DNA from: an uncultured delta proteobacterium
Lineage (GTDB): Bacteria; Myxococcota_A; Polyangia; Fen-1088
NCBI GenBank assembly: GCA_963767925.1
Contig: CAVYGB010000002.1
Location: 1,376,001-1,440,000, forward strand
Reading direction: 5' to 3'
Length of the DNA: 64,000 bases
A program made the translations under genes and the position numbers. Shown one piece after another: positions 32,292 through 42,879 of this stretch. The notes beneath the pieces were generated by a model, which saw nothing but the letters and a program-made list of their open reading frames with translations, had not been told where the DNA came from and did not search any database. Numbering within the stretch: position 1 is the first letter of the stretch; each line of letters opens with the position of its first letter.

Positions 32292-33197
32292 TTGCCCGCG
32301 CGGATCGAGTACTCCTTTGCCGACTACGTCGCCTCCCGGAAGGGGGAGGAGGCAGCGCGCCTCCGGGAGGGCGCGGCCTATGCCTATGGCGGCGACCTCA
32401 AGGTGCGGTCGGCGCTCGACCGGGTGCGCCCGGTGACCCTGGCCATGGAGGCGGCGACCCGCTTCTGGCACTCGGTGGGCAAGAACCGCCTGCTGGGCAA
32501 CGCCGTGCGGGTGGGCGACCGGCAGTTCCCCGAGCTGCAGGCCCTGCTGGACCGCTGCGTCCAGGCGCTGCAGATCGACCGGCCGGCGCTGTACATCTCC
32601 CCCTCCCTCGCCCCCCTCGACGCCCACACCCTGGGGACCAGCGACGAGGCGGCCATCGTGCTCGGCAGCGGCTTGCGCGACAACCTCAGCGACGACGAGC
32701 TGGTGGCGGTGATCGGGCACGCCTGCGGCCACATCCAGAACAACCACACCCCCTACCTGACGACGCTGTACCTGCTCGACAACTCGGGCAACTTCGTCGT
32801 GCGCTGGGCGGCCCGGCCGGCGGTGCTGGGGCTGCGGGGCTGGTCGCGGCGGGCGGAGATCACCTGCGACCGGGCCAGCGTCATCTCGACGCGCAGCCTG
32901 GACGCCACCATCTCGGCGATGGTCAAGCGGGCGCTGGGGTCGCGGCGGCTGTTCAGCGAGATCGACCTCGAGGATTACCTGCAGCAGCTCGACGAGAGCC
33001 AGGCCGGGCACGGCCGCTTCCAGGAGCTGCTGGCCGCCAACCCCTACCTGCCCAAGCGGGTCAAGGCGCTGCGCCTGTTCACCCAGACGACCTTTTACCG
33101 GAGCGTGATCGGCCAGCCGGCCAGCGCCGACGAGCCGGGCCTGACCAAGGAGGCCTGCGACGCCCAGGTGGGCGAGCTGCTGCAGGTGATCGGATGA
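32292..33197 (+). CDS. M48-like metallopeptidase homologue with degenerate active site
   Basis: QFPEL, 'ELVAVIGHACGHI' (HExxH reads HAxxH), 'WSRRAEITCDR', 'ANPYLPKR' (usually SHP/THP); start uncertain. Confidence 0.8.
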   Translation: MPARIEYSFADYVASRKGEEAARLREGAAYAYGGDLKVRSALDRVRPVTLAMEAATRFWHSVGKNRLLGNAVRVGDRQFPELQALLDRCVQALQIDRPALYISPSLAPLDAHTLGTSDEAAIVLGSGLRDNLSDDELVAVIGHACGHIQNNHTPYLTTLYLLDNSGNFVVRWAARPAVLGLRGWSRRAEITCDRASVISTRSLDATISAMVKRALGSRRLFSEIDLEDYLQQLDESQAGHGRFQELLAANPYLPKRVKALRLFTQTTFYRSVIGQPASADEPGLTKEACDAQVGELLQVIG

Positions 33198-35113
33198 CGG
33201 CGGGAGGCGGGGCGGGAGCGGGAGTCAGCGCCGGCGCCGGGCAGCGGTCCGGCGGCGCGCAAGGCGGCCATCCGGGCGACGCTGCTGCGGCTGGCGGAGG
33301 TGGCCGAGGCCTCGGGGCTGATCTCCACCGCGCGGGACATCCGCGACGAGCGGTTGCCGAAGCTGGAGGACGAGCGCTTCACCCTGGTGGTGCTGGGCGA
33401 GTTCAACCACGGCAAGTCGACCTTCATCAATGCGCTTCTATCCTGGGAACCCTCGGAGGGTTCCCAGACCCTCCCGCGCCTGGACCCGGCAAGCGGAGCT
33501 CGCCAGGTCCTTCCGCGAACGGGCAAGGCCATCTTGCCGGTCGGGATCACGCCCACCACCGCGGTGCTGGCCCACCTGCGCCACGGCGAGCCGGCCCGGG
33601 CCGAGGTGGTGCGCGAGAGCGGGGTGCGCACGCCCCTGGCCATCGACGCCCTCGCCGACTGGCTGACGGTGGACGGCGTGGCCCACCGCCGGGAGAACGA
33701 CAAGCCGGCGGCGCCGGCCGACCCGCTGGCCTACATCGACATCCGGGTGCCGGCCCCCTTCCTGGAGGGGGGCGTGACGGTCGTCGACACGCCCGGGGTC
33801 AACGACATCAACGAGCAGCGGGCCGACATCACCTACGGCTACATCCCGCGGGCCGACGCGGTGCTGTTCCTGCTGGACGCCACCCAGGTGCTGACCGCCT
33901 CGGAGCGGCAGGTTTCTCGAGGAGCGGATCCTGCGGTCCAGCCGCGACCGGCTGGTGTTCGTCGTGACCAAGGCCGACCTGCTCGACGCGGGCGAGCTGG
34001 CCGAGGCGCATGTGCATTCGCCCGGCGGCACCTGGAGGCCATCGTGCCCGAGGCGCCGCTCTTCGCGGTGTCGGCCAAGCGCGCGCTGGCCGGCGACCTG
34101 GCCGGGTCGGCGATGAAGCCGCTGCTCGAGCACCTGCAGCTCACCCTGGGGGCCGAGCGCCGGCAGCTCGTGTACGACCACGCCCTGGCCGACGCCGGCC
34201 GGGTGGCGGGGTTCCTGCGGCAGAGCCTGGCCATGCGCCGGCGCTCGCTCGAGCTGTCGGTGCACGACCTCGAGCAGCGGGTGAACAAGGCGCAGGAGCG
34301 GCTGCGGGTCGGGCGGCGGGCGCTCGATCAGGCGGCCGAGACAATCCGGGCCGAGACGGCGGCGCTGAAGGCGCGCGTGCGCCAGGACCTGGCCGCCTTC
34401 ACCGAGGAGCTCGCCAGCGCGCTGCCCGGTCAGATCGACAAGGTGTCGGCCGGCGACGTGCAGCGGCACCTGGGGTCGTTCCTCGAGGACACCTGGAAGC
34501 GCTGGGTGGAGGCGGAGGCGGAGATGCTGGCCCGCGAGCTGGAGACGCTGGCCGAGCGGGTCATCCAGGTGGCCAACGAGAACGCCGCCGACGTCACCCA
34601 GCAGGTGGCCGACGATCTGGCGGGGGACGGGGGAGCCCGCGCCTGGAGATCGCGGTCGACACCTTCCGCTACGACGCCTCGGTGTTCGCGCTCGGCGCGC
34701 TGGGGACGACGGTCTTCCTGTTCGTGAACACCCTGGCGGGCGGGCTGCTGGCGCTGGCCGCGCCGATCGCGGCCATGTTGCTCAAGGGGCGGGTGGCCCA
34801 GGAGATCAAGCAGGAGGCGCGGCAGCGGGCGCCCGAGGCGGTGCGGAGCATCGCCGCCGCCCTGGCCCCCAAGCTGGACGAGATCGTCGAGGGCTTCTCG
34901 GCGCGCCTGTCGGAGTTCGTGGCCGAGGCGGGCGCGGCGCTGGCCCGCGGGATCGCCGAGGTGCTGGGCGCCTCGCTGGCCGAGCGGCGGCGGCGGGCCG
35001 ATCAGACCGAGGGATCGACCGAGGGGCAGGCGGTCGAGGATCTGCTGGGGCGGCTCAAGGGGGTGGAGGAGGAGATCGTCGACGTCCGGCAGAAGGTCTG
35101 GGAGGGGCAGTAG
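33194..35113 (+). CDS. Bacterial dynamin-like GTPase 1 (frameshifts near 33250, 33912, 34010 and 34640)
   Basis: G1 GEFNHGKST, G2 PTT, G3 DTPG, G4 TKAD (in a shifted frame), helical trunk and hydrophobic paddle; ATG overlaps the M48 stop. Confidence 0.85.
33441..33521 (+). repeat. 81-bp in-frame palindromic insertion in the dynamin GTPase domain
   Basis: CTGGGAACCCTC-G-GAGGGTTCCCAG perfect inverted repeat plus a second hairpin GGACC..GGTCC; absent from the paralog near 38720. Confidence 0.8.
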
Positions 35114-35155
35114 CGCCGTGGCTGCGCGGTCCGGACCGGGCGCGCGCGCGCGTTC

Positions 35156-37278
35156 GTGCCGGAGCCTCCGGCGCGGTCCGGGGGCGCGCGGGCTGGCAAG
35201 GCTGCGGCGGGCGGAGTCGCGGCGGTGCAGGCCGGCGGAGGACCGGCGCCCGGTGGAGTCCCGGTGGCCGGTGGCGTTCCGGCGGCGTTGGAGGCCGGCG
35301 GAGGACCGGCGGTGGCCTGGGGGGATCCGGTGAGAGCGGGCGGGCCGAAAATCGTGGGTGAGCCGGCCTGGCGGCGGCACCTGGCCTGGGCGGCGGTGCT
35401 GGGGGCCTACCTTGTCGTCTTCCCCTATTTCCGCGCGGTCAACAACCCCAACGAGAACGTGCGGGTGTGGGCCACGCGCGCGCTGGCCCACCAGGGCACC
35501 TTCGCCATCGACGACGTGATCCGGGCCTGGGGCGACGTGGGTGACCGGGCCATCGCCGGCGGCCGCCGCTACTCCAGCAAGGCGCCCGGGACCACCTTGC
35601 TGGGGGTGCCCGTCCACTTCGTGCACGACCGCCTGGCGCTGGCGCTGACCGGGGCCTCCCCCTCGCCCCGGGCGAGCACCTGGGCCCTGCGGGTCTTCAC
35701 CGTGATCCTGCCGCTGGGCCTGTTCCTGCTGTACTTCGCCCGCCGGGTCGAGGCGGAGACGGGGTCGCGCTGGGCCCGCGACCTGCTGGTGGTCGGGCTC
35801 GGCCTGGGCACGATGTTTTACCCGTACGGCATCGCCTTCGTCGGGCACACCCAGAGCGCGGCCCTGCTGTTCCTCGGTTTCGCCCTGCTGCACCGGGGGC
35901 GGGCCGGGGAGGAGGGTGGCGGCGGGGGCGGTGCGGGGGGCGCCGGTGTGAAGGCGGCGTCGGCGTCGGCAGCGTCGGCAGCGTCGGCAGCGTCGGCAGC
36001 GTCGGCAGCGTCGGCAGCGTCGGCAGCGTCGGCAGCGTCGGCAGCGTCGGCAGCGTCGGCAGCGTCGGCAGCGTCGGCAGCGTCGGCGGCAGCGGCGTCG
36101 TCGTCGTCGTCGTGCGGTCGGCGTCGGATAGCAGGCGCGGCATGTGGGCGGAGGTGGCGCGGGGCAAGCGGCTGGCGCTGGCGGGGGCGCTCACCGGGCT
36201 GTCGGTCGTGTTCGAGTACCAGACGCTGTTCGCGGCGGCGCTGGTGGCGGGGTACGCGCTGCTCGTCGAGCGGCGGCGGGCGGTCGGGTTTTTCCTTGGG
36301 GCGCTCGGGCCGGCGATCCTGCTCGGCGTTTACCACACGGCCCTGTTCGGGCGGCCCTGGGAGCTGCCCTACGCCCACCTCGACGACCCGGGTTTCACGA
36401 TGTACCACCACGCCCAGGGGTTCCTCGGGCTCGGGCGGCCGCGGGCGCGGGTGCTGGTGGCGGCCTTCGGCCACGTCGACTATGGCCTGTTCGTGTTCTC
36501 CCCGTTCCTCGCGGTCGGGCTGGGGATCGCGATATGGGCGGCAATCCGGCGGGGCAGCCGGCCGCATGGGCTGATCGTGCTGGTCACGGTGGCGATGGCG
36601 CTGTTCCTGGCCGGCATGGCCAACTGGCGCGGCGGCTGGTGCGCGGGTGGGCCGCGCTACATCGCGGCGGTGGTCCCCCTGCTGGTCTTCGGCATCGCCC
36701 TGTCCTGGCGCGACCTGCTGGGAGGCAGCGGAGCGTCCGGCGCGGCCGGCAGATGGACGCGCGCCGCCCGGGAGGGGGCTTCGGGCGCCGGAGCGACCGG
36801 AGTTGCCGCGGCCAGCGGTGCCGGGACGGGGCGGAGGTGGGTGCCGGCGGCGCTGGCCGGGCTGGTGCTCTATTCGGTCGTGATCTGCGGGCTGGCGGGG
36901 GCGATCTTTCCGCACTTTCCGTTGCAGTTCGACAATCCCATCTTCGACCTCGTGGTGCCGCTGCTGCGAGACGGGTACGTGCCGCACAGCCTGGGGACGG
37001 CGCTGGGGGTGGGCGGGCTGGCCTCGTTGCTTCCGCTCGCCCTGCTATTCGGGGTGGCGCTGGGCGCGGCGGCGGCGCCCGGCGGGGTCCCCCGGCGCGA
37101 CCGGCTGCTGGGCGCGGCCGTCGCGATCGGCCTGGCGGCGGCGCTGCTGGTGACGCTCGCCTCGGTGGGGCGGCGGCCGAGCCGGCAGGAAGACCGCGCG
37201 CGCGCGGTGGTGACGGGCATGTGGGAGCCGGCGCCCGCAGCCACATCCGGAAAGGGAGACCGCGATGGGAATCCTTGA
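35156..37278 (+). CDS. Polytopic membrane protein, probable GT-C-fold glycosyltransferase (frameshift near 36110)
   Basis: 'NNPNENVR', 'YSSKAPG', 'GLFVFSPFL', 'WRGGWCAGGPRY'; more than 10 TMs; start may be GTG 35354. Confidence 0.65.
35963..36079 (+). repeat. Microsatellite (GCGTCGGCA)x13 followed by a (TCG)n tract
   Basis: 13 perfect 9-bp units encoding (ASA)n inside the membrane protein gene. Confidence 0.92.
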
Positions 37279-40150
37279 GAGACTGGCCAGCACCCTGGCC
37301 GGCGGCCCCGACATGGCCGACGACGTGCGCGCCGAGATCGAGGCGGCGCTGGCCCGGGCCAGCGACGGCAACTGGGTCGCCGCCGAGGTGGGGCTCGTCG
37401 AGCTGTCCGAGCGCCACCGCGATTCGGCGTCGGTGTTCGTGGCCCTCGGCGAGGTGCGGGCCCGGCGGGGCAAGGAAGAGCCGGCGGTGGCCGCCTTCGG
37501 CCGCGCCGTCGACCTGCAACCGCAGGCCGTCGATGGCTGGCTCGGCCTGGGCGAGTGCCTGGTCCGCCTGGGCCGCCACGAGCCCGCCCGCGAGGCCCTG
37601 CGCAAGGTCCTCAGCCGCACCAACGATCCGGCCCGCCGCGCCCGGGCCCACGCCGGGCGGGGACGCGTCGCCCTCGCCCTCGACGAGCCGCCCCGGGCCG
37701 TGCGCGAGCTGCGCCAGGCGGCCGAGCTGGCGCCCGGCGACTACCAGATCGCCCACGACCTGGGCCGGGCCCTGCTCGCCGCCCGCGACGCCGAGGCCTG
37801 GACCTGGCTGGTCCGTGCCGCCCATGCCCCCGGCGCCGACCCCGGCTGGGTCCTCGCCGCCGCAGGCGCCGCGCCCACCCCCGGCGGCGCCGAAGGCCTG
37901 CTGCGCGAAGCCCTGGAAGTGGAAGGCCCCCGCCCCCTGGCCCCCGAGGCCCGCGCCGCCCTGGAGGCCGCCCTCGCCGAGAAGCTCTGCCAGGCCGGCC
38001 GCTGGGAGGCCGCCCTCCCCCTGGCCGAGTCCGCCACCACCTCCGCCCCCCACAGCCCCGTCGGCCCGCAAGCCCTGGCCCTCTGCCACGAGCGCGCCGG
38101 CCACTACCAGCTCGCCCTCGAGGCAGCCCTGCGCGCCGTCACCCTCGGCGGCCCGCGCGACCCCGCCCACCTGGTCCGCCTCGCCCTCGGCGCCCGCCGC
38201 CGCGAAGCCCTCGCCGCTCTCGCCGCCGACCTGGAAGACGCCGCCAGCCCGGATGCGCCCTCACCCTCGCCGCCGGGCGCTGTCTCCGTCGGGTCGAAGT
38301 CCGGGGTGACCACGGGCGGGTCTGCGGGCATCGCCTCGGCGTCTCCGCCGGCGGTTGCCGGGGAAGGGTGGGGGGGTGCGGACGCGCCGGCGGGCGTTCC
38401 TTCGTCGCTGCTGGGCACCGCCGGCGGAACCACCGCGGGCGGGGCCGGGAGCGCGGGGCTGGGGGCGGCGTTGCGTGCGTTCGCCGAGGGGCGGGCGCGC
38501 GAGGAGGACCTGGTCACGCTGGGCGCGCTGGCCCCCGACGAGGCGAGCCGCCAGTTCGTGGCCGCCGCCGCCTCGCCCGGGGCGGTGCCCGCCGGCAACC
38601 TGTTCGCGCTGCTGAGCTACGCCCGCGAGCTGGCCGGCCGCACGCCCGAGCTGGCCCCCTTGCTCCCGCTGGCCGCGCGCGCCGTCGAGGCGCTCGACCG
38701 GCCCCTGCTCGTCGCGGTCATGGGCGAGTTCAACACCGGCAAGTCGTCCTTCGTGAACGCCCTGTGCGGCGAGAAGGTGGCCCGGGTGGGCGTCACCCCC
38801 ACCACCGCCACCATCAACGTGCTCCGCTACGGCCCCCGCGGCGCGCGCGTCCTGTACCACGACGGCCGGGCGCGCGAGCTGTCGGCCGACGAGGCCACCG
38901 CGTTCCTGGCCCGCCTCGACGACGCCCAGGCGGCCGCCATCCGGGTGGTCGAGGTCTTCCTGCCGGTCGAGTTCCTCCGCCAGGTCGAGGTCGTCGACAC
39001 CCCCGGCCTCAACTCCCTGCGCCCCGAGCACGAGGCCGTCGCCCGCGGCTTCCTCACCGAGGCCGACGCCATCGTCTGGCTGTTCGCCGTCGGCCAGGCC
39101 GCCAAGGCCACCGAGCGCGACGCCCTGGCCCTGGCCCAGGCGGCCGGCAAGCGCGTCCTCGGCGTCCTCAACAAGGCCGACCAGACAACCCCCGAGGAGC
39201 TCGACCGCATCCGCGCGCACGTCCAGTCCGCCCTCGGCGATCGCGTCGAGGTCCTCCTCCCCTTCTCCGCCCGCCAGGCCCAGGGCAGCCCCAACGAGCC
39301 CCCGCCCGCCGGCCACGACGGCGGCCTCCCCCAGCTCCGCGCCGCCCTGGAAGACCGCTTCTTCTCCCGCTCCCGCGCCCTCAAGCGCACCACCGCCCTC
39401 GGCGCCCTTGGCCGCTTCATGAACGAAGCCCGCGCCCTGGTCCCCCTGCCGGAAGCGCCCCTCGATTCGATCTCCACCGCCGCCGAAGCGGGCGACCCTG
39501 TGCGCCCCGCGGCCGGCGCGGGGGACGAGGAGCGGCGGCTGGACCAGCAGGAGGTGGCCGTCGCCGGCGCCCTCGCCGCCGAGCGCCTGCGGCTGCGCGC
39601 CCAGCTCGACGCCGGCTTCCGGCAAGCGGCCGCCGAGGTGGCCGAGCTGTCCGAGCCGCGCTTCTGGCCCTTCGGCGACCGCCGCACCGGCGCCGCCGAC
39701 CGGGAGTTCCTGTTCGACCTGCTCGAGGACGCCATCTTCGAGGCCACCGTGGTCACCGCCCGCGAGCTGGAAGCCATCGCCGCCGGCGGCCCCGCCTTGC
39801 CCATCCGCGAGATGGTCGAACGCTTCCGGGCCTACGCCCGCGGCACCCTGCAAGGTGGCACCGTCGACGCCTTCCTCCGCGAGCACCTGGCCGCCTCCGG
39901 CCCCCGCTCCGAGCTCCCCCAGCTCCAGCGCGCCCTCACGGCGGCCCTCCCCGACCTCGAACGCGAGCTCCTCGACCCCCTCGGCGCCGCCGCCACCGCC
40001 ACCTACGCCGAAACCCGCGCCACCCTCTCTTCCACCCGCGCCCGCGCCGACATGCGCCACCTCGTCCTGGAAGAACGCCTCCTCCTCCCCCTCACCGCCC
40101 TGGAAACCGCGCTGAAAACCCTCCAGACCTCCCCGACCCAGCCCAGCTAG
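37265..40150 (+). CDS. TPR-repeat + dynamin-like GTPase fusion (dynamin 2)
   Basis: N-terminal TPR-like repeats; GEFNTGKSS, PTT, DTPG, NKAD; helical C-terminus. Confidence 0.88.
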   Translation: MGILERLASTLAGGPDMADDVRAEIEAALARASDGNWVAAEVGLVELSERHRDSASVFVALGEVRARRGKEEPAVAAFGRAVDLQPQAVDGWLGLGECLVRLGRHEPAREALRKVLSRTNDPARRARAHAGRGRVALALDEPPRAVRELRQAAELAPGDYQIAHDLGRALLAARDAEAWTWLVRAAHAPGADPGWVLAAAGAAPTPGGAEGLLREALEVEGPRPLAPEARAALEAALAEKLCQAGRWEAALPLAESATTSAPHSPVGPQALALCHERAGHYQLALEAALRAVTLGGPRDPAHLVRLALGARRREALAALAADLEDAASPDAPSPSPPGAVSVGSKSGVTTGGSAGIASASPPAVAGEGWGGADAPAGVPSSLLGTAGGTTAGGAGSAGLGAALRAFAEGRAREEDLVTLGALAPDEASRQFVAAAASPGAVPAGNLFALLSYARELAGRTPELAPLLPLAARAVEALDRPLLVAVMGEFNTGKSSFVNALCGEKVARVGVTPTTATINVLRYGPRGARVLYHDGRARELSADEATAFLARLDDAQAAAIRVVEVFLPVEFLRQVEVVDTPGLNSLRPEHEAVARGFLTEADAIVWLFAVGQAAKATERDALALAQAAGKRVLGVLNKADQTTPEELDRIRAHVQSALGDRVEVLLPFSARQAQGSPNEPPPAGHDGGLPQLRAALEDRFFSRSRALKRTTALGALGRFMNEARALVPLPEAPLDSISTAAEAGDPVRPAAGAGDEERRLDQQEVAVAGALAAERLRLRAQLDAGFRQAAAEVAELSEPRFWPFGDRRTGAADREFLFDLLEDAIFEATVVTARELEAIAAGGPALPIREMVERFRAYARGTLQGGTVDAFLREHLAASGPRSELPQLQRALTAALPDLERELLDPLGAAATATYAETRATLSSTRARADMRHLVLEERLLLPLTALETALKTLQTSPTQPS

Positions 40151-40288
40151 CGGGCACCAGCGCCGGGCGCCGACGGCGGCCTCGACACCGCTGCGCGCGA
40201 CTGCCGCGGGGGGCCTGGCCTCGCAGGAGCGGGGCGCGCACATAGCAGAGGGCTCGCAGAGTCGAGAAAGAAAAGGTAAGGCGTTCGG

Positions 40289-41023
40289 ATGTCCAGACGT
40301 GGCTATCTCGCAGTTGGCGTTGCTGCTGGAGTCGCAGCCCTGGTGTACGGCCTTGGCCGGCGCGGGGCCGAGGCGCCCGGGCCAGTCTCGGACCGTGCCG
40401 GGCCGCCCTCCCCATCGGCGACGACGTCCAGCGCTTCCGGTCCCAAGGGACCGCCCGCGTCGAGGAGTGTGCCTCGCCTGGTAAACCGGGCAGGTTCTCA
40501 TGGGGAGGAGCCCGAGATTGGCAATGGGCCACGAGAACGCCCCCAGCGGGACCTGACTCATGCCCTCCGTCCAGGGCCGGTTTGGCCCGGACCCTGGCCT
40601 ACTTCGATGGCAGAGGTTCCGGCGACGCCCGCCGTTTTGGCGCGGGTCGAGGAGTACGGTGGACCGTCGTCTGTGGATCAGATGTTGCGGTTTCTCGAGG
40701 GAATGAAAAAGTGCATGGCCCGGCACACCCTCGAGAAATCAGGCGGAGTGGCCGTGGAGCTCAGCTACGTGATCGATCGAGAGCAGGGGACCAGCAAAGG
40801 AGTCGACGTGGTCATCGATCAGTCAACGATAAGCGAGGGCGATGATCTCCATCTGCTCGAGTGTGCCCGTGGTCTCCACGTCGGAAAGGTGCGCAAGTTG
40901 AGCCCTGAATCGCTGGCGGCTGACGACTCCAAGGAGTTCGTCTGGAGGGTGACTCTGGGCCTTCCCATCGAGAACGACAGGTTCTACCAGTGGCTCCTTT
41001 CGGGTCCGACCCCCTCCATGTGA
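40289..41023 (+). CDS. Hypothetical membrane-anchored protein (atypical codon usage)
   Basis: N-terminal TM, Pro-rich linker, Cys pair; lower GC3. Confidence 0.6.
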   Translation: MSRRGYLAVGVAAGVAALVYGLGRRGAEAPGPVSDRAGPPSPSATTSSASGPKGPPASRSVPRLVNRAGSHGEEPEIGNGPRERPQRDLTHALRPGPVWPGPWPTSMAEVPATPAVLARVEEYGGPSSVDQMLRFLEGMKKCMARHTLEKSGGVAVELSYVIDREQGTSKGVDVVIDQSTISEGDDLHLLECARGLHVGKVRKLSPESLAADDSKEFVWRVTLGLPIENDRFYQWLLSGPTPSM

Positions 41024-41299
41024 TTCGAGCCCCCGAGCGTCGACGTCATGGATCCATCACGGTACGAATAGGCCCGGCGTATCCGGGCGCGGGATCTCCC
41101 CGTCGCCCGGGAGGACTCTGGCAAGTGACTCGACCGCTCCGGTTCGGGAAGGCCGGCCGCGGCAAAGAAGAGGTTGGGGTCGGTCAGGACCGTTCGGCGG
41201 TTCTCCGCCGAGGCAGACAGGGCACGACTGGCCTCCGAAAGAACCTGGCGATCGATTCCCAGCGTCGCCCTTCGACTGAGGCCGAGGTTGGGATTTGGC

Positions 41300-41730
41300 T
41301 CGAAGCTCCGAGGAACCATGTAGTCGGGCAACCGGGCGTTGGCAAGCTCTCGAAGCTCGGCAACAGGGACCGCACGGTTGGGGACGGGCACAACGTAGCC
41401 GACCAACCGCTGGACGCCGGCACGTCCTCGCGCACGATGGCCAGCACTTCCGCCACGTCCGGGTGTTCCCGCATCACGCTTTCGATCTCTCGAGTTCGAT
41501 CCGGAAGCCTCTCAACTTGACCTGGTCATCCATTCGGCCCGCGTAGCGCAGTGCCCCGTCCCGGGTGTACCGCGCGATATCACCGGTGCGATCCGCGCGC
41601 CCGGCTTCCCACCGAATGGGTCTGGCACAAAACGTTCGGCGGTACGCGCCGGTTCAGCCAGGTAGCCGCGTGCCACCGCCGAGCCCGCTATACACAGCTC
41701 TCCGCCAACCCCCCAGGACCCTGTCGCCAC
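41300..41730 (-). pseudogene. NRPS adenylation-domain C-terminal fragment
   Basis: [54 protein letters not shown] spread over different frames. Confidence 0.8.
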
Positions 41731-41778
41731 GAACGCAGTAGGATGACCGGCGGTGTAGGCGACGAACCGAGGCCTATT

Positions 41779-41991
41779 TCACGCCGACGTCGAGGGGCGC
41801 TTGGTCAAGCCCCACCCTTTCACAAGTACCCAGGCGATCGCGCCGGCGACCGCCGATCGGAAGACGAGCCAGCCGTTACCTTGCGTGCCGAACCACCCCA
41901 AAAATCCGCGGTTTGCCAGTACGGTGAACGACACCGCCAGCACCAAGCCGATCACGAGAATGGCCAAAAAGTCCTGTTTGTTCCGCTTCAT
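41779..41991 (-). CDS. Small two-TM protein (paralog of the 46436 gene)
   Basis: MKRN..F.AIL.I..VLAVS...LAN.G..G.FG..GNGWL.FRSAVA...AW.LV shared with the 46436 ORF. Confidence 0.7.
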   Translation of the reverse strand: MKRNKQDFLAILVIGLVLAVSFTVLANRGFLGWFGTQGNGWLVFRSAVAGAIAWVLVKGWGLTKRPSTSA

Positions 41992-42879
41992 GGTTGATAG
42001 CCCTGGCGCAGGTAGCAGTTTGCCGAATTTTCACGAGCGAGGCTTGCTGGATCTCAAGTCGGCGGAAGCGGTGTGATGATGATGCCGGCCTGCGGGTTCG
42101 GTGGGCCGGCGGGCGGAGGTGGTGCCGGGGGCGGCGGCGGGGGCATCGTTTGGTTCGTTTGGTGCATCCTGTTGCTGATTTCAGTGGCGATCAGACTGCC
42201 GACTACGTTCGTTGCAAGGACCAAGACAGCCCCTCCGACCGCCACGAGAACTGGAACCACGAAAGCCTGTGGCTGATCCGGATTGCCCGCTTGTGGTTCA
42301 GGTCTCGTGAGCTCACTGGGTTCACCTACGTCCCGAAAATTCTATCTTCACTCCGATTTTTCGATGTGTCGAATCCGTCGGCATTTGCAGCTGCCCCGTC
42401 TTCCACTTTCACACGGGGGTCGCGAGCATAGTCAAGGTAGTCATCGGCATGGGACCGGCTGGAGACATTGAGGGTGTTCTCCCCGAAAAGTTCAGACTCC
42501 GAAAGGTATGAGGCCTGGTCGGCGACCGCCTGGGAACCCACTCCTGCGATTGACATGTTCAGTTCACCTTCTTCGGTCACCGCCGCTGTCGCGCTCCATG
42601 CGCCGGGTTCGGGCCGCAGTAGAAACATCAGCAAGTGCTGCGCCATGCGCTCCTCGCAGCGGACCCCCACGAAGTTCGCGGAGGTACCAATGAGTGCGGG
42701 CGCTACCCAAGCCGGCATCGACCGTCGGCCGACTGTCGAGCCGTCGGATCTGTTCGACGGTCTCACGGTACCAGGAGGGCAGGGGCTAAAGCTCCGGTGA
42801 CTCGACCAGGCTGAGCACCGGCATGAAGTCTGAAGGGCCGGTCCGGCGTTCCGATCGAGTTTCCCCGGTCGGACGGTTA

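Noticed and set aside
41300..41730. NRPS biosynthetic gene cluster
   Set aside because: Only a broken A-domain tail; no C, T or TE domains nearby
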